Shown piece by piece: positions 38,211 through 47,746 of a stretch of DNA of 64,000 nt. Origin of the DNA: Kiritimatiellia bacterium (GTDB lineage: Bacteria > Verrucomicrobiota > Kiritimatiellia > RFP12 > UBA1067); contig JAFSTA010000164.1 of assembly GCA_017450695.1 (NCBI GenBank), forward strand, positions 37,878 to 101,877, given 5' to 3'. Position 1 is the first letter of the stretch; each line of letters opens with the position of its first letter. Below the pieces are notes generated by a model, which ran no database searches, was not told where the DNA came from, and was given only the letters and a program-made list of their open reading frames with translations. Position numbers and translations under genes: made by a program.

Positions 38211-38266
38211 GCTGAGAAGCTGAAAAGCTGAGAAGCGGGGAAGTGGAGAGGCTGAGAAGTGGAGAG
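38211..38266. repeat. 8-bp tandem repeat (GCTGAGAA family), 7 units
   Basis: GCTGAGAA GCTGAAAA GCTGAGAA GCGGGGAA GTGGAGAG GCTGAGAA GTGGAGAG. Confidence 0.75.
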
Positions 38267-38327
38267 GCGCATCTCGCGTGTCCGGTTTATCCAGAATATC
38301 CGGCTAACTTATCGGCAAGGGGTTCAG

Positions 38328-39257
38328 ATGAAAAAGAATTGGGTTCGTTCGGTGTTGTTTTTCGCGTGTGTTGGATACGCCTGTTCCACGTTTGTCGCGA
38401 CGGGGGAAGAGGTGCCGCTCGCGGATCCTTTTATCTTGTGTGCGCAGGATCGGTACTACGCCTACGGGACGCACTCGCCTGACGGAATCGCGGTTTACAC
38501 CTCAGACGATTTGCGCAACTGGAAGGCAGCGGGGCTTGCGCTCTCCAAAGAAGACAGCTACGGGGAAAAGAACTTTTGGGCACCGGAGGTCTATCGGTAC
38601 AAGGGAAAGTACTATCTCTTCTACACCGCGAACGAACACATTTGCGTGGCGACGGCGGATCATCCGCTCGGACCTTTCCGTCAAACCGTGAAAAGACCCA
38701 TGCTGGACGAGAAGGCGATCGACAATTCCCTGTTCGTGGATGCCGACGGAACGCCTTACCTGTTTTTTGTCCTCCTTCGCGGGGAGAATGCGGTCTGGAT
38801 GGCGGAACTGGAACGCGATCTCTCGCGTGTCAAAACCGAAACGCTGCGCTTCTGTACGCATGCGGAGCAGGCGTGGGAGTTGCAGATGGGAAAGTGCAAT
38901 GAAGGGCCATTCGTCCTGAAGCACGGCGGTGTCTATCACCTGACCTACTCTGCCAACGATTTCCGATGCAAGGGATACGGGATCGGGTGTGCGACGGCGA
39001 AGAGCTTGATGGGACCTTGGAAGAAACTTCCGGACAATCCGATCCTCACTCGATACGGAGATCGCGTCGGTGTCGGCCACCATTCGTTCTTTACCGATCG
39101 GAACGGCGCATTGCGCGTCGTCTTCCACACGCACAACAGTCCGGAGCAAGTCGCTCCCCGTACCATGCATATCGCCGATGCCTACTGGCACAGCGACCGC
39201 CTGTGCATCGACCTCTCCCGCGTGATCGACGCACGGGAGGAGCGGAGCAGGGAGTAG
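38328..39257 (+). CDS. Glycoside hydrolase family 43 protein
   Basis: LADPFI, FWAPEV, AIDNSLF, NEGPFV, YSAN, GHHSFF; signal peptide. Confidence 0.9.
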   Translation: MKKNWVRSVLFFACVGYACSTFVATGEEVPLADPFILCAQDRYYAYGTHSPDGIAVYTSDDLRNWKAAGLALSKEDSYGEKNFWAPEVYRYKGKYYLFYTANEHICVATADHPLGPFRQTVKRPMLDEKAIDNSLFVDADGTPYLFFVLLRGENAVWMAELERDLSRVKTETLRFCTHAEQAWELQMGKCNEGPFVLKHGGVYHLTYSANDFRCKGYGIGCATAKSLMGPWKKLPDNPILTRYGDRVGVGHHSFFTDRNGALRVVFHTHNSPEQVAPRTMHIADAYWHSDRLCIDLSRVIDAREERSRE

Positions 39258-39296
39258 TCGAAAGACATCGATGGCTATCGCCTGCAATCGATTGCC

Positions 39297-39336
39297 CAAC
39301 CACCGCACTACTCAACCACCTAACCACCCGACCGGC
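39297..39336. repeat. Degenerate 8-bp repeat (CAACCACC family)
   Basis: CAACCACC GCACTACT CAACCACC TAACCACC CGACCGGC between convergent genes; similar run near 52222-52241. Confidence 0.45.
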
Positions 39337-39361
39337 AGCAAGCGAAGGAAATCGCGCCAGT

Positions 39362-41863
39362 TTACCGGATGCTCATGATGGAGCCGACTTGGTAGATGCG
39401 TTCGGCGCAGCCGATATCGACACCGCGTCCCCAGACGCGCGGGTTGCCGTAAAGGTCGGTCGTGCCCTCTGTCATCCACGTCTCCACAACGCCCTTGTTG
39501 AATTGTGGGGAGTTGGCCGCCGGTGTGACATTGCCGCTCATCATGTCCTCGAAAATCGGAGCCTCGTTCAGGCAGTGGTTTGCCTCCGTGAAGCGCAACG
39601 GCAGGGCGGGCCAGACAAGGCAGTAGGTATAAGGGTTGCTCCCGTCTTCCCGGCACCAGTCGGCGCTGGTGTCAACCGAACCCTTCACCAGCGGATCCTG
39701 GAAGACGCAGTTCACGAAAGAGGCACCCCAGCGGTGGTGGACATTCCCGCTGGCGGTGGAGCTGTTGTTCGAAACAAAGGTACAGGACGAGACGACTACA
39801 TCGCTGTACGTGACCAGGACCAACGCGCCTCCGGCGGCATCAACTTTGTTAGCGGTATCGGTTGTGCGGTTGAACGCGAAGAACGAATTACGGATCGTTC
39901 CCGGTGTCTCATTCGCGCTGTTTTCGCGGATGCTGACAGCGCCGCCCTGCCGCAGGGAGGTGTTATTTGTGAAGACGCAGGAGTCTATCGTGAAATACGC
40001 GGCGTGATTCCAGGATGCTCCGATTGCGCCACCGCGAGAGCCTGTTGAATTCCCTACGAAAACGCAGTTCGAAACTGTACACCGGCTATTGGATGTTTGC
40101 GTCCAAAGGAAGATAGCGCCTCCGCCCTGATTATCACTTACCGTATCCGGATCGGTGCTGTTCTCCTCGAAGCGAGAGTTGAGGAAACTTACATTCGAAT
40201 CGTTACAAATGCGGGCGACGCCGCCGGAAAGCCGCGAGGTGTTCCGATAGAAGAAACAGTTGTCACAGCGGGCTGTTGTAAGGTTGACCTGATCCAGGCA
40301 GGAACCCAGCGCAGCCAGATTGTTTGAAAAGACACATGAATTCATGGACAGCTGGGTACCGTTTTCCTGCAAGCGGATTGCTCCGCGCGAGTTGCTAGAG
40401 TCAGAGAGGGGCTGACTCTCGTTTCCGGAGAGTTCACACTGGTCCAGCGTAACGGATACCTTTCCCTGAACCTGTAGCGCGCTGCCGTAAAGCGCAATGT
40501 TGCCTCGGAATTTCGCACCGGAGAAGACAAGCGGTTTCTTGCTGTTCCGGAAACGAGCCGCGCCGCCGCAGTCAAGCGAACGGTTCGCGATAAACGTCGT
40601 GTTGGAGCAGTAAAGCTCGCTGTCGGCATTGCTTGCCTCGAATGCGGAACTATACGTCGCAAAGTTGTTGGTGAAGGTGCATCCCACCATCGTCAGCGTA
40701 CCTGCGCCAAGTGTGACCGCGCCACGCCCACTCATCGCCGGCGCGTTCGTGACGGCTCGGTTGTCGGCGAAAAGACAGTTTTCAATCCGTACCAGATTCT
40801 TGTCTCCGGGACTGACTAAAATTGCCGAACCGTAAGAATCGTTCCGGGTTTCGGAGACCAGGGTGTTGTTGGAAAAGACGCAGTCGGTGATGAGGGCAGG
40901 TGTCGTGGTGGAGGTTGAACCGATATTGACGGTCGCCCAGCAGTCGGTCGCGCAGTTCCCGCTAATGATGCAGTTGGTCATGGTGAATGTCCCGTACATG
41001 GCGGCGGCGACGGAGGAATGCCCTACCGTCCAAAGACGGTTGTCCAGCAGCTTGCATCCCTCCATGTACTTCACCCGGTGGACGCCAGCGCAGAAACTCG
41101 CGAGGTTTGAGGAGATGGTACAGTCGATCAATCTCCCCATGGGACTTGAGCCGTTTTGAGGTTCTCCATAGACGCCCGCAGCACCGCTGTCGGGCGAATT
41201 GGTCGCCACATTGCCGGTGATCAGGCAGTTGATTGCCGTGGCGTTTGCCTGTGCCATCCGGATTCCCGCGCCCCTGTACAGGGCTGTGTTGTTTTTCACG
41301 GTAGAATCGATCAGCAGTCCGTTGTTGTAGATACAGACGGCACCTCCACGCTCGGCTTGTTCGCCGCTGGTATAGGGGTTGTGGCAACCGGTAATGACAC
41401 AGTTGGAGACGACACTGAGGTAATTGCCAGAGTCGTTCCCCAGTCGGATCGAACCGTTGCAACTGTTGCGGAGGTATCCGTTGGTGAAGGTAATGCCCGA
41501 CACCTCCACGTTATAGGCGAGGCGCAGAAGCTCGCGATCACCGGGACCGACGAGAATCACATCGTCCGGATTTCCCGTCTCGCTCCGGATGATGTCCTTT
41601 GTGCCGTCGGTCTTCGCGCCCGCGCACCCCATCGCGTCGGAAAGCTCGTAGGTGCCGGACGCGATGACAACCTCGTCGGCGGCATTGTTGTTATGCACCC
41701 TGCTGACGGCTGTGTTGACGCTGGAATAGACGGCGGTCCACGCGCGCCCCGACGGATCGACACCCGTCGGATGCACATAGTACGTGCCGGAATGCACAAA
41801 CAGGGGAGAAAGCCCCGCCGCGAGCGAGAGAATCACACAGAATCTAGACTGGCTAACCTTCAT
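39362..41863 (-). CDS. Secreted right-handed parallel beta-helix repeat protein with choice-of-anchor-Q-like C-terminus
   Basis: Signal peptide; many C.F.NN.A..GGA repeats; C-terminal DLYGNPRVWGRGVDIGCAE. Confidence 0.8.
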   Translation of the reverse strand: MKVSQSRFCVILSLAAGLSPLFVHSGTYYVHPTGVDPSGRAWTAVYSSVNTAVSRVHNNNAADEVVIASGTYELSDAMGCAGAKTDGTKDIIRSETGNPDDVILVGPGDRELLRLAYNVEVSGITFTNGYLRNSCNGSIRLGNDSGNYLSVVSNCVITGCHNPYTSGEQAERGGAVCIYNNGLLIDSTVKNNTALYRGAGIRMAQANATAINCLITGNVATNSPDSGAAGVYGEPQNGSSPMGRLIDCTISSNLASFCAGVHRVKYMEGCKLLDNRLWTVGHSSVAAAMYGTFTMTNCIISGNCATDCWATVNIGSTSTTTPALITDCVFSNNTLVSETRNDSYGSAILVSPGDKNLVRIENCLFADNRAVTNAPAMSGRGAVTLGAGTLTMVGCTFTNNFATYSSAFEASNADSELYCSNTTFIANRSLDCGGAARFRNSKKPLVFSGAKFRGNIALYGSALQVQGKVSVTLDQCELSGNESQPLSDSSNSRGAIRLQENGTQLSMNSCVFSNNLAALGSCLDQVNLTTARCDNCFFYRNTSRLSGGVARICNDSNVSFLNSRFEENSTDPDTVSDNQGGGAIFLWTQTSNSRCTVSNCVFVGNSTGSRGGAIGASWNHAAYFTIDSCVFTNNTSLRQGGAVSIRENSANETPGTIRNSFFAFNRTTDTANKVDAAGGALVLVTYSDVVVSSCTFVSNNSSTASGNVHHRWGASFVNCVFQDPLVKGSVDTSADWCREDGSNPYTYCLVWPALPLRFTEANHCLNEAPIFEDMMSGNVTPAANSPQFNKGVVETWMTEGTTDLYGNPRVWGRGVDIGCAERIYQVGSIMSIR

Positions 41864-42047
41864 ATTGCAAACTCCTCATACTACCCACCGCCTGTCGCAT
41901 GGTCATCCAAAATCCTTGCCTGCGACGGCGTAAGTCAAACACACGCCAATCACTTTACCCGTTTCCAAGGAAAAGTCAATCAAAAAGCGGAGGTGTGTCG
42001 GTGGGAGGAGGCTAGCGAATCGCCCGCCCCGCGCCGTGTCCGGCGCG

Positions 42048-42148
42048 GCGCAGAACCCGCGCACGTGCGAGCGGCGCAAACAGTGAAACACCAGACGGCG
42101 CACAGATTACCGCGCAGAACCCGCGCACGTGCGAGCGGCGCAGAACCC
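42048..42148. repeat. Direct repeat with internal palindrome
   Basis: GCGCAGAACCCGCGCACGTGCGAGCGGCGCA at 42048-42078 and 42112-42142, plus partial third copy GCGCAGAACCC. Confidence 0.75.
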
Positions 42149-42169
42149 CTCCCCGCACCCGTTTGCCGC

Positions 42170-44080
42170 CTACTCCGACACGCGGAAGATGGCAGGTTCG
42201 AAGGGTTTCCAGGTTGACGTAATCCGGTTGCCGTCCAGTTTGGCGGCGGGGCCGAAATCGGTCGTGAGTTTCGAGAACGGTGCGGAGAGCGTGATGGTTG
42301 CGGTCGTCTCTTTGTCCGAGGCGTTGACCGCCAGCACGTAGGCGGTTCCGTTGAGTTTCCAGGTTCGGACGGCGAACTCTTCGCCTGCTTCGTGTTCCGC
42401 TTGCGGCGCGGTCTCGCCGGAGAGCATCACCTGCTCGTAGCGCTTGATTTCGCGAGCCATTTCGCAGACCATCGGCCATGTTTTCTCGAACGGATCGTGC
42501 GCCGTTTTCTTGTGGATGTCGAACCAAGAGTAAAAGATCAAGCCGTTCGCGCCGCCCGCGATGCACTGCCAGGCCATCGACCGAAGTTCGAAGAGGGTGG
42601 GGAACCGCTGTTTCTTCGCCTCTTCGCCCTTTTTGTAAACAGCCCAGTCCATCGCTTGCGGAACCATCCAGATCGGCTTTTCGCCGAACGTCCTGTCCGC
42701 AATCTGCCGGATCTTCTTCAGCATATTTCCGAGAAACGCGCCCGGCACGGGATAGTGGTCGATGCCCAGCACGTCGCAGGTCTGCTGGTAGCCCTGCGGA
42801 TCTTGATAGAGAACCACCCAGGTCGGATGATCCACATCATTCTGTTCCATGAATGCCTGATGCGCCTCCATCCGGGGGCGGAACGGGTGGAGCGGCAGCT
42901 CGTCGTTCATGTACCAGCCTAACAACGCGGGATGCTCGCGGAACGCCACGACCTTCTTTCCGATGTAGGGCAGTTCTTCCTCTTCCGTCTTGACTCTCGG
43001 CCAGCTGGATCCGGCGTACACGTCTTTCACCGAGTAGATGACATGGATGTCCTTCTCGTGAAGCCAGTCCATCTGTTCCCGCGTCGCTTCCGCGTAAGGC
43101 ATGATACAGTTGAAAGGCCCTTGCGCGAACACTTCGAGCTCATCCTTTTTGATCCCGCCCCAGTACATTCCGAGCGGGAAGAACGGCTTGCCTTCCACAA
43201 GCAACCGGTTGTCGGTTGTGAAATCGATCTTGCGTTTCGGTTTCGCGGTGACTCTCGTCAGCGTGTTGGTCGCCGCGCCGATTTCCTGTCCAGATTCGTT
43301 GTCGCGCAAGGTGAACGATAGGCTGTATTTTCCCGTCGGCAGCTTCGAGGAGTCGATTTCGCAAAACGCCTCTTGGGGAGTGATGCGGGCGGGTGTCTTC
43401 TCCAGCACGGTCTTTCCGTTCTCGTCCACAAGCCGGAAGGTGCCGCTTCGATTCGAGCGGAGGCTTTTTCTCAACGCGGCGTGTACGCGGATGGTCTCGC
43501 CCGCATAGACGTTGCGATATCCGGAACAGACCAGAGCCGCGACAGACGGAGGGAAGTACTCATCCACCGTCACATCGTCAAAGTGGATCTCGCCGACGCA
43601 GTTGTGGTCGGCGAAAACCGAAACATGGACTTTCGCTGCCTTCTCGGGCAGTTCTTCCGTCATCCCCTCCAGTAGTTTCCACTCGCCCTTCGTGGATGGA
43701 AAACTGAATCCGCTGTATCCGCCGCCCAGCCACTTTCCATTCGCGTCGCGCCACTCCACGCAGATACGCGCCGACTGCGAACCGCCCGTCACCTTGTCAA
43801 ACTTGACCCAGGCGGAATACTTGTAACTGTGAAGCGGCTTCGCGGGAATATTCTGCGAGAAGAGCAGATACAGCTTGGGGTTGTCATTCGTCCACACGAC
43901 ACCGCGACTCCCGTTGCGCCCCACACCGTCTTTGACGGCAAAGACGCGGCGGTCTCCGTACCACCCGACAGGATTTCCGTTCCCATCCTTTTCCTCAAAG
44001 TTCGGATTCCGCACCAGGTTCTCTCCCGTGGCGAGATGGACGGCTACGGCACAAAACAACATCCCCAACAAACGTTTCAT
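42170..44080 (-). CDS. Secreted carbohydrate-binding (CBM4/9-like) plus putative glycoside hydrolase TIM-barrel protein
   Basis: NLVRNPNFEE..FDDV CBM; GKPFFPLGMY, HPALLGWYMNDE, IDHYPV, WMVPQA, AGGANGLIFYSW. Confidence 0.7.
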   Translation of the reverse strand: MKRLLGMLFCAVAVHLATGENLVRNPNFEEKDGNGNPVGWYGDRRVFAVKDGVGRNGSRGVVWTNDNPKLYLLFSQNIPAKPLHSYKYSAWVKFDKVTGGSQSARICVEWRDANGKWLGGGYSGFSFPSTKGEWKLLEGMTEELPEKAAKVHVSVFADHNCVGEIHFDDVTVDEYFPPSVAALVCSGYRNVYAGETIRVHAALRKSLRSNRSGTFRLVDENGKTVLEKTPARITPQEAFCEIDSSKLPTGKYSLSFTLRDNESGQEIGAATNTLTRVTAKPKRKIDFTTDNRLLVEGKPFFPLGMYWGGIKKDELEVFAQGPFNCIMPYAEATREQMDWLHEKDIHVIYSVKDVYAGSSWPRVKTEEEELPYIGKKVVAFREHPALLGWYMNDELPLHPFRPRMEAHQAFMEQNDVDHPTWVVLYQDPQGYQQTCDVLGIDHYPVPGAFLGNMLKKIRQIADRTFGEKPIWMVPQAMDWAVYKKGEEAKKQRFPTLFELRSMAWQCIAGGANGLIFYSWFDIHKKTAHDPFEKTWPMVCEMAREIKRYEQVMLSGETAPQAEHEAGEEFAVRTWKLNGTAYVLAVNASDKETTATITLSAPFSKLTTDFGPAAKLDGNRITSTWKPFEPAIFRVSE

Positions 44081-44291
44081 TTGATCTCCTCCGATTTCAG
44101 AACAAAAACAATTCCATTTTAGAAGCGGGTATCCCCCCTGTCAATAGCGAAAGGAGGGGAGGAGGAGGGCGGCTGACGCCGCCAGCTGAGAGGCGAGGCT
44201 GACAAGCCAGTTCAGGAGTTTTGCAGGGGTACGTTCCGTCGCCCCCGTTCTGCCAGGTGCCGCCCCGTCCCTTTCAGCCGTGGTTTTTGGG

Positions 44292-44320
44292 TTGAACGGG
44301 TTGCTTTGATTTGCTATAGT
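44292..44320 (+). promoter_or_regulatory. sigma70-type promoter of the accD operon
   Basis: TTGAAC-17 bp-TATAGT with extended TG; AAGGAG RBS downstream. Confidence 0.7.
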
Positions 44321-44365
44321 AACCGCCGTCGTTTGACGATGGTTTCTTGTTTAAGGAGTCAAAGT

Positions 44366-45196
44366 ATGGCATGGTTTGAAAAAGCGTCGGAGGCGCCGTT
44401 GCGTGTACCGACTGAAGCGTTGTGGACAGTTTGTCCGCATTGCAAGGCCTACATCGCGAAAGAGGAATGGAAGGCTGCGCAGAAGGTTTGCCCGAGGTGC
44501 AACTATCACGGGCGCATGACCGCGCAGGAGCGGATCGCTCTGCTTGCGGATGCGGGAACATTCCAGGAAATCAACGAGGCTGTCACGGCGAGTGACCCGT
44601 TGCGCTTTGAAGACGCGAGCGGGAAGTATGTTGACAAGGTCGCGAAGGCGAAAGCCAAGACGAAGGAGACGGAGTCGGTCACGACGGGACGCGCGGAAAT
44701 CGAGAAGCATCCCGTGGTTTTGGCCGTGATGGATTTTGCCTTCCTGGGCGGCAGCTTGGGGAGCGGTTGCGGTGAGCGTATCGCCCGTGCCGCAGAGACG
44801 GCCGTGAAGGAACGCCGTCCGTTCATCATCGTCTCCTGCTCTGGCGGGGCGCGGATGCACGAGGGCATCATCTCCCTGATGCAAATGGCGAAGACCAGTG
44901 CGGCGATCGCGCGGGTCAAGGCCGCCGGGATCCCGTACCTCTCCGTGTTGACCGATCCGACGACAGGCGGTGTTTCCGCCAGCTACGCGATGTTGGGCGA
45001 CCTGAACATTGCCGAGCCGAAGATCATGATCGGCTTCGCCGGACGCCGCGTGATTGAAAACACGATCAAGCAGAAACTGCCTGATGATTTCCAAACCGCC
45101 GAGTTCACGTTGCAGCACGGTTTTGTCGATGCGATCGTGGAACGGAAAAACCTGAAGGCGTTTCTCGCCAAGACACTTGTTTACGCGGGGTTCTGA
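44366..45196 (+). CDS. accD: Acetyl-CoA carboxylase carboxyltransferase beta
   Basis: Zn finger CPHC..CPRC, MDFAFLGGSLG, SGGARMHEG, DPTTGGVSAS, GFAGRRVI. Confidence 0.95.
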   Translation: MAWFEKASEAPLRVPTEALWTVCPHCKAYIAKEEWKAAQKVCPRCNYHGRMTAQERIALLADAGTFQEINEAVTASDPLRFEDASGKYVDKVAKAKAKTKETESVTTGRAEIEKHPVVLAVMDFAFLGGSLGSGCGERIARAAETAVKERRPFIIVSCSGGARMHEGIISLMQMAKTSAAIARVKAAGIPYLSVLTDPTTGGVSASYAMLGDLNIAEPKIMIGFAGRRVIENTIKQKLPDDFQTAEFTLQHGFVDAIVERKNLKAFLAKTLVYAGF

Positions 45197-45200
45197 GACT

Positions 45201-46022
45201 ATGGCTACGAAGAAAACTGGTTCGAAGGCGACGGCGTGGGAGTCTGTGCAGCTGGCACGGAATCCGGGACGCCCGAATATCTACGAGTACATCGAGAACG
45301 TCTGTTCCGACTTCACCGAGTTGCACGGCGACCGCCTGTTCGGGGATGACCGTGGAATGATCGGCGGCTTCGCGACGATCGGCGGCAAGAAGGTGATGCT
45401 GATCGGGCACCACAAGGGGAAGAGCGTGGAGGAAAACGTCGAGGCGAATTTCGGCATGGCGTCCCCGGAAGGCTACCGCAAGGCGAAACGGTTGATGACG
45501 CTCGCCGCGAAGTTCCATCTTCCTGTCGTTTCGTTCGTCGATACGCCGGGCGCCTATCCCGGTGCCGAGGCGGAAGCGCGCGGTCAGGCAGAGGCGATTG
45601 CGCACAACCTGGAGTTCATGTCCACGCTGAAGACCCCGATCGTGGTCGTGGTCGTCGGGGAAGGCGGCAGCGGTGGCGCGATCGGGATCGCCGTGGGAGA
45701 CAAGATCCTGATGCTGGAGAACGCCGTGTATTCCGTCGTTTCTCCCGAAGGATGCGCGTCGATTCTCTGGCGCGACGGGAAGAAAGCTCCCGACGCGGCG
45801 GCAGCTCTGAAGATCACGTCGGATTCCCTGCTGAAATTAGGGGTGGTCGATGGCGTGATCCCGGAACCCGCGGGCGGTGCGCACAAGAACATCAAAGCCA
45901 CCGCGCTCGCCGTGAAAAAGGCGATTGTTTCAGCCTTGGACGAGCTGGCGAAAGTCAAGCTGGACGATCTGGTCGAGCGGCGGTACGCGAAGTTCCGCGC
46001 GATGGGCAACTATTTTGATTGA
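45201..46022 (+). CDS. accA: Acetyl-CoA carboxylase carboxyltransferase alpha (short form)
   Basis: ELHGDRLFGDD, FGMASPEGYRKA, DTPGAYPG, GEGGSGGA, SPEGCASILW. Confidence 0.95.
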   Translation: MATKKTGSKATAWESVQLARNPGRPNIYEYIENVCSDFTELHGDRLFGDDRGMIGGFATIGGKKVMLIGHHKGKSVEENVEANFGMASPEGYRKAKRLMTLAAKFHLPVVSFVDTPGAYPGAEAEARGQAEAIAHNLEFMSTLKTPIVVVVVGEGGSGGAIGIAVGDKILMLENAVYSVVSPEGCASILWRDGKKAPDAAAALKITSDSLLKLGVVDGVIPEPAGGAHKNIKATALAVKKAIVSALDELAKVKLDDLVERRYAKFRAMGNYFD

Positions 46023-46027
46023 TCGCC

Positions 46028-46771
46028 ATGCGGCAGGTTCCGTCCCATCTGATCAACGAACTCGAATCCGCGCTCGGATACGAGTTCGTTGATTCTTCTT
46101 TTTTGCAGGTCGCCTTGACGACACCGTCGTACAAATCCGATCGACCGCGTGAAAGGAATGTACAGGATAATCAGCGGCTGGAGTTTCTGGGCGATGCCGT
46201 GTTCGGTCTGCTGGCGACCGAACAGCTCTTCGACAATCACCGTACGGATGACGAAGGCAGCCTGACTGCCCGGCGCACGCACCTGGTGAGCGGTGTCGCA
46301 TTGGCTCGCCTGGCGCACAAGATCCACCTGGGCGAGTATCTCATTCTCGGAAACGGGGAAGAGAAGTCGGGAGGACGGACGCGGGACAAATTCCTTGCGG
46401 ATGCGATGGAGGCCGTCTTCGGCGCCGCGTGGTGCGATGGCGGACTGGAAGCCGTGCGCCGCATCTACCGCCATCTCCACGTGGGCGAGGAATCCACCTC
46501 GATGAACGAAGTGCTGCTGGAAAACCCGAAAGGGGAGTTGCAGAAGTTTTGCCAGCGCCGCCATTGGGCGAACCCGGTTTACGAACTGCTCGATTGCAGT
46601 GGTCCGTCCCATGCGCCGACCTTTCTCGTGCGTGTCCAGATCCAATCCGGGAAGGAAGCGGAAGGGACGGGGAAGAGCAAACATCTGGCGGAGTCGTTCG
46701 CGGCGCAGAATCTGGTGCGGCAGCTGATTTCCTGTGGCGAGCTTTCCCTGGACGGAGAACGCCACGGATGA
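46028..46771 (+). CDS. rnc: Ribonuclease III
   Basis: NQRLEFLGDAV, LADAMEAVFGA, dsRBD NPKGELQ..GPSHAPTF. Confidence 0.93.
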   Translation: MRQVPSHLINELESALGYEFVDSSFLQVALTTPSYKSDRPRERNVQDNQRLEFLGDAVFGLLATEQLFDNHRTDDEGSLTARRTHLVSGVALARLAHKIHLGEYLILGNGEEKSGGRTRDKFLADAMEAVFGAAWCDGGLEAVRRIYRHLHVGEESTSMNEVLLENPKGELQKFCQRRHWANPVYELLDCSGPSHAPTFLVRVQIQSGKEAEGTGKSKHLAESFAAQNLVRQLISCGELSLDGERHG

Positions 46772-47427
46772 AAACGAGTACGTTGGCTTTCGAGACTGCT
46801 CACTGGGACGAGACTCCCTCCGTCATTCTGGCTGGAGTCGATGAGGCAGGACGCGGATGTTTGGCGGGCCCTGTCTATGCGGGCGCGGTTTCGATGCCGC
46901 GAAACGTCGCCGAACGGTTCTACGCGGGCGAGCTGGCGGGGTTGACCGACTCGAAACAGTTGTCAGAACCCCAACGCGAAGAGTATTTTCGAAAAATCAC
47001 CGAACACCCGGAGATCGCTTTCGCCACCGGTGTTTGCACGGCGGCGGAGATCGACCACCTCAACATTCTTGCCGCCACGCATCTGGCGATGCGACGGGCG
47101 TTGGAGGCGCTGTCCGTGCCGGTCGGTTTTGCGTTGGTTGACGGGTTGCCCGTGCAGGGGTTGCCCGTTCCGTCGCAGGCGATTGTCAAAGGCGATTCCA
47201 AGAGTTTTCTCATCGCTGCCGCCAGTGTCGTCGCCAAGGTTTCGCGGGATCATTACATGACCGAGTTGGCCAAGCTCTATCCGCAATACGGATTCGAGAT
47301 CCACAAGGGCTACGGGACCACGATGCACATGGAAGCCCTTTTCCGCTACGGTGCCACCCCCGAACACCGCCATACCTTTCGTCCCGTTCGGGATGTCGAA
47401 GAAAGTCTGCCCGGGTTGTTTTCGTAG
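46768..47427 (+). CDS. rnhB: Ribonuclease HII
   Basis: GVDEAGRGCLAGPV, DSKQLS, LVDG, KGD, AASVVAKVSRD, HKGYGT. Confidence 0.95.
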   Translation: MKTSTLAFETAHWDETPSVILAGVDEAGRGCLAGPVYAGAVSMPRNVAERFYAGELAGLTDSKQLSEPQREEYFRKITEHPEIAFATGVCTAAEIDHLNILAATHLAMRRALEALSVPVGFALVDGLPVQGLPVPSQAIVKGDSKSFLIAAASVVAKVSRDHYMTELAKLYPQYGFEIHKGYGTTMHMEALFRYGATPEHRHTFRPVRDVEESLPGLFS

Positions 47428-47643
47428 GTGCTAGCCTCTCTCGTGTCTTTCGTGGCGCACGACACAAGGGATGAGGCGTGCGTGTGCGGAGACGCGACAC
47501 GCAGCCGTCAGTTCCAGTTCTCCCCCTAGCCGTGTGTCTCTGCGTGCGGAAGTGCTTTCGTTTCTCAGCTGCCGCTCGGAACTCAGAATTGAGAACTCGG
47601 AACTGGCAGCGTCAGCAGCCGCCTCCTCTTTTTCACTTCTGAA

Positions 47644-47672
47644 TTGACAAACGGCTCGTAAGAGAGCAAGAT
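47644..47672 (+). promoter_or_regulatory. Putative serC promoter
   Basis: Perfect TTGACA at 47644; weak -10 (CAAGAT) at 17-bp spacing. Confidence 0.4.
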
Positions 47673-47746
47673 ATTGCCTCCTTTTGAACGTTAACGGTGC
47701 GGATGTTCCGTATCAGCGTTCACGGAATAGGAGCATGGATTAGGTT

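Noticed and set aside
45201-46022. accA as an N-terminally truncated pseudogene
   Set aside because: All catalytic motifs are intact and it is tightly coupled to accD; short AccA forms are known.
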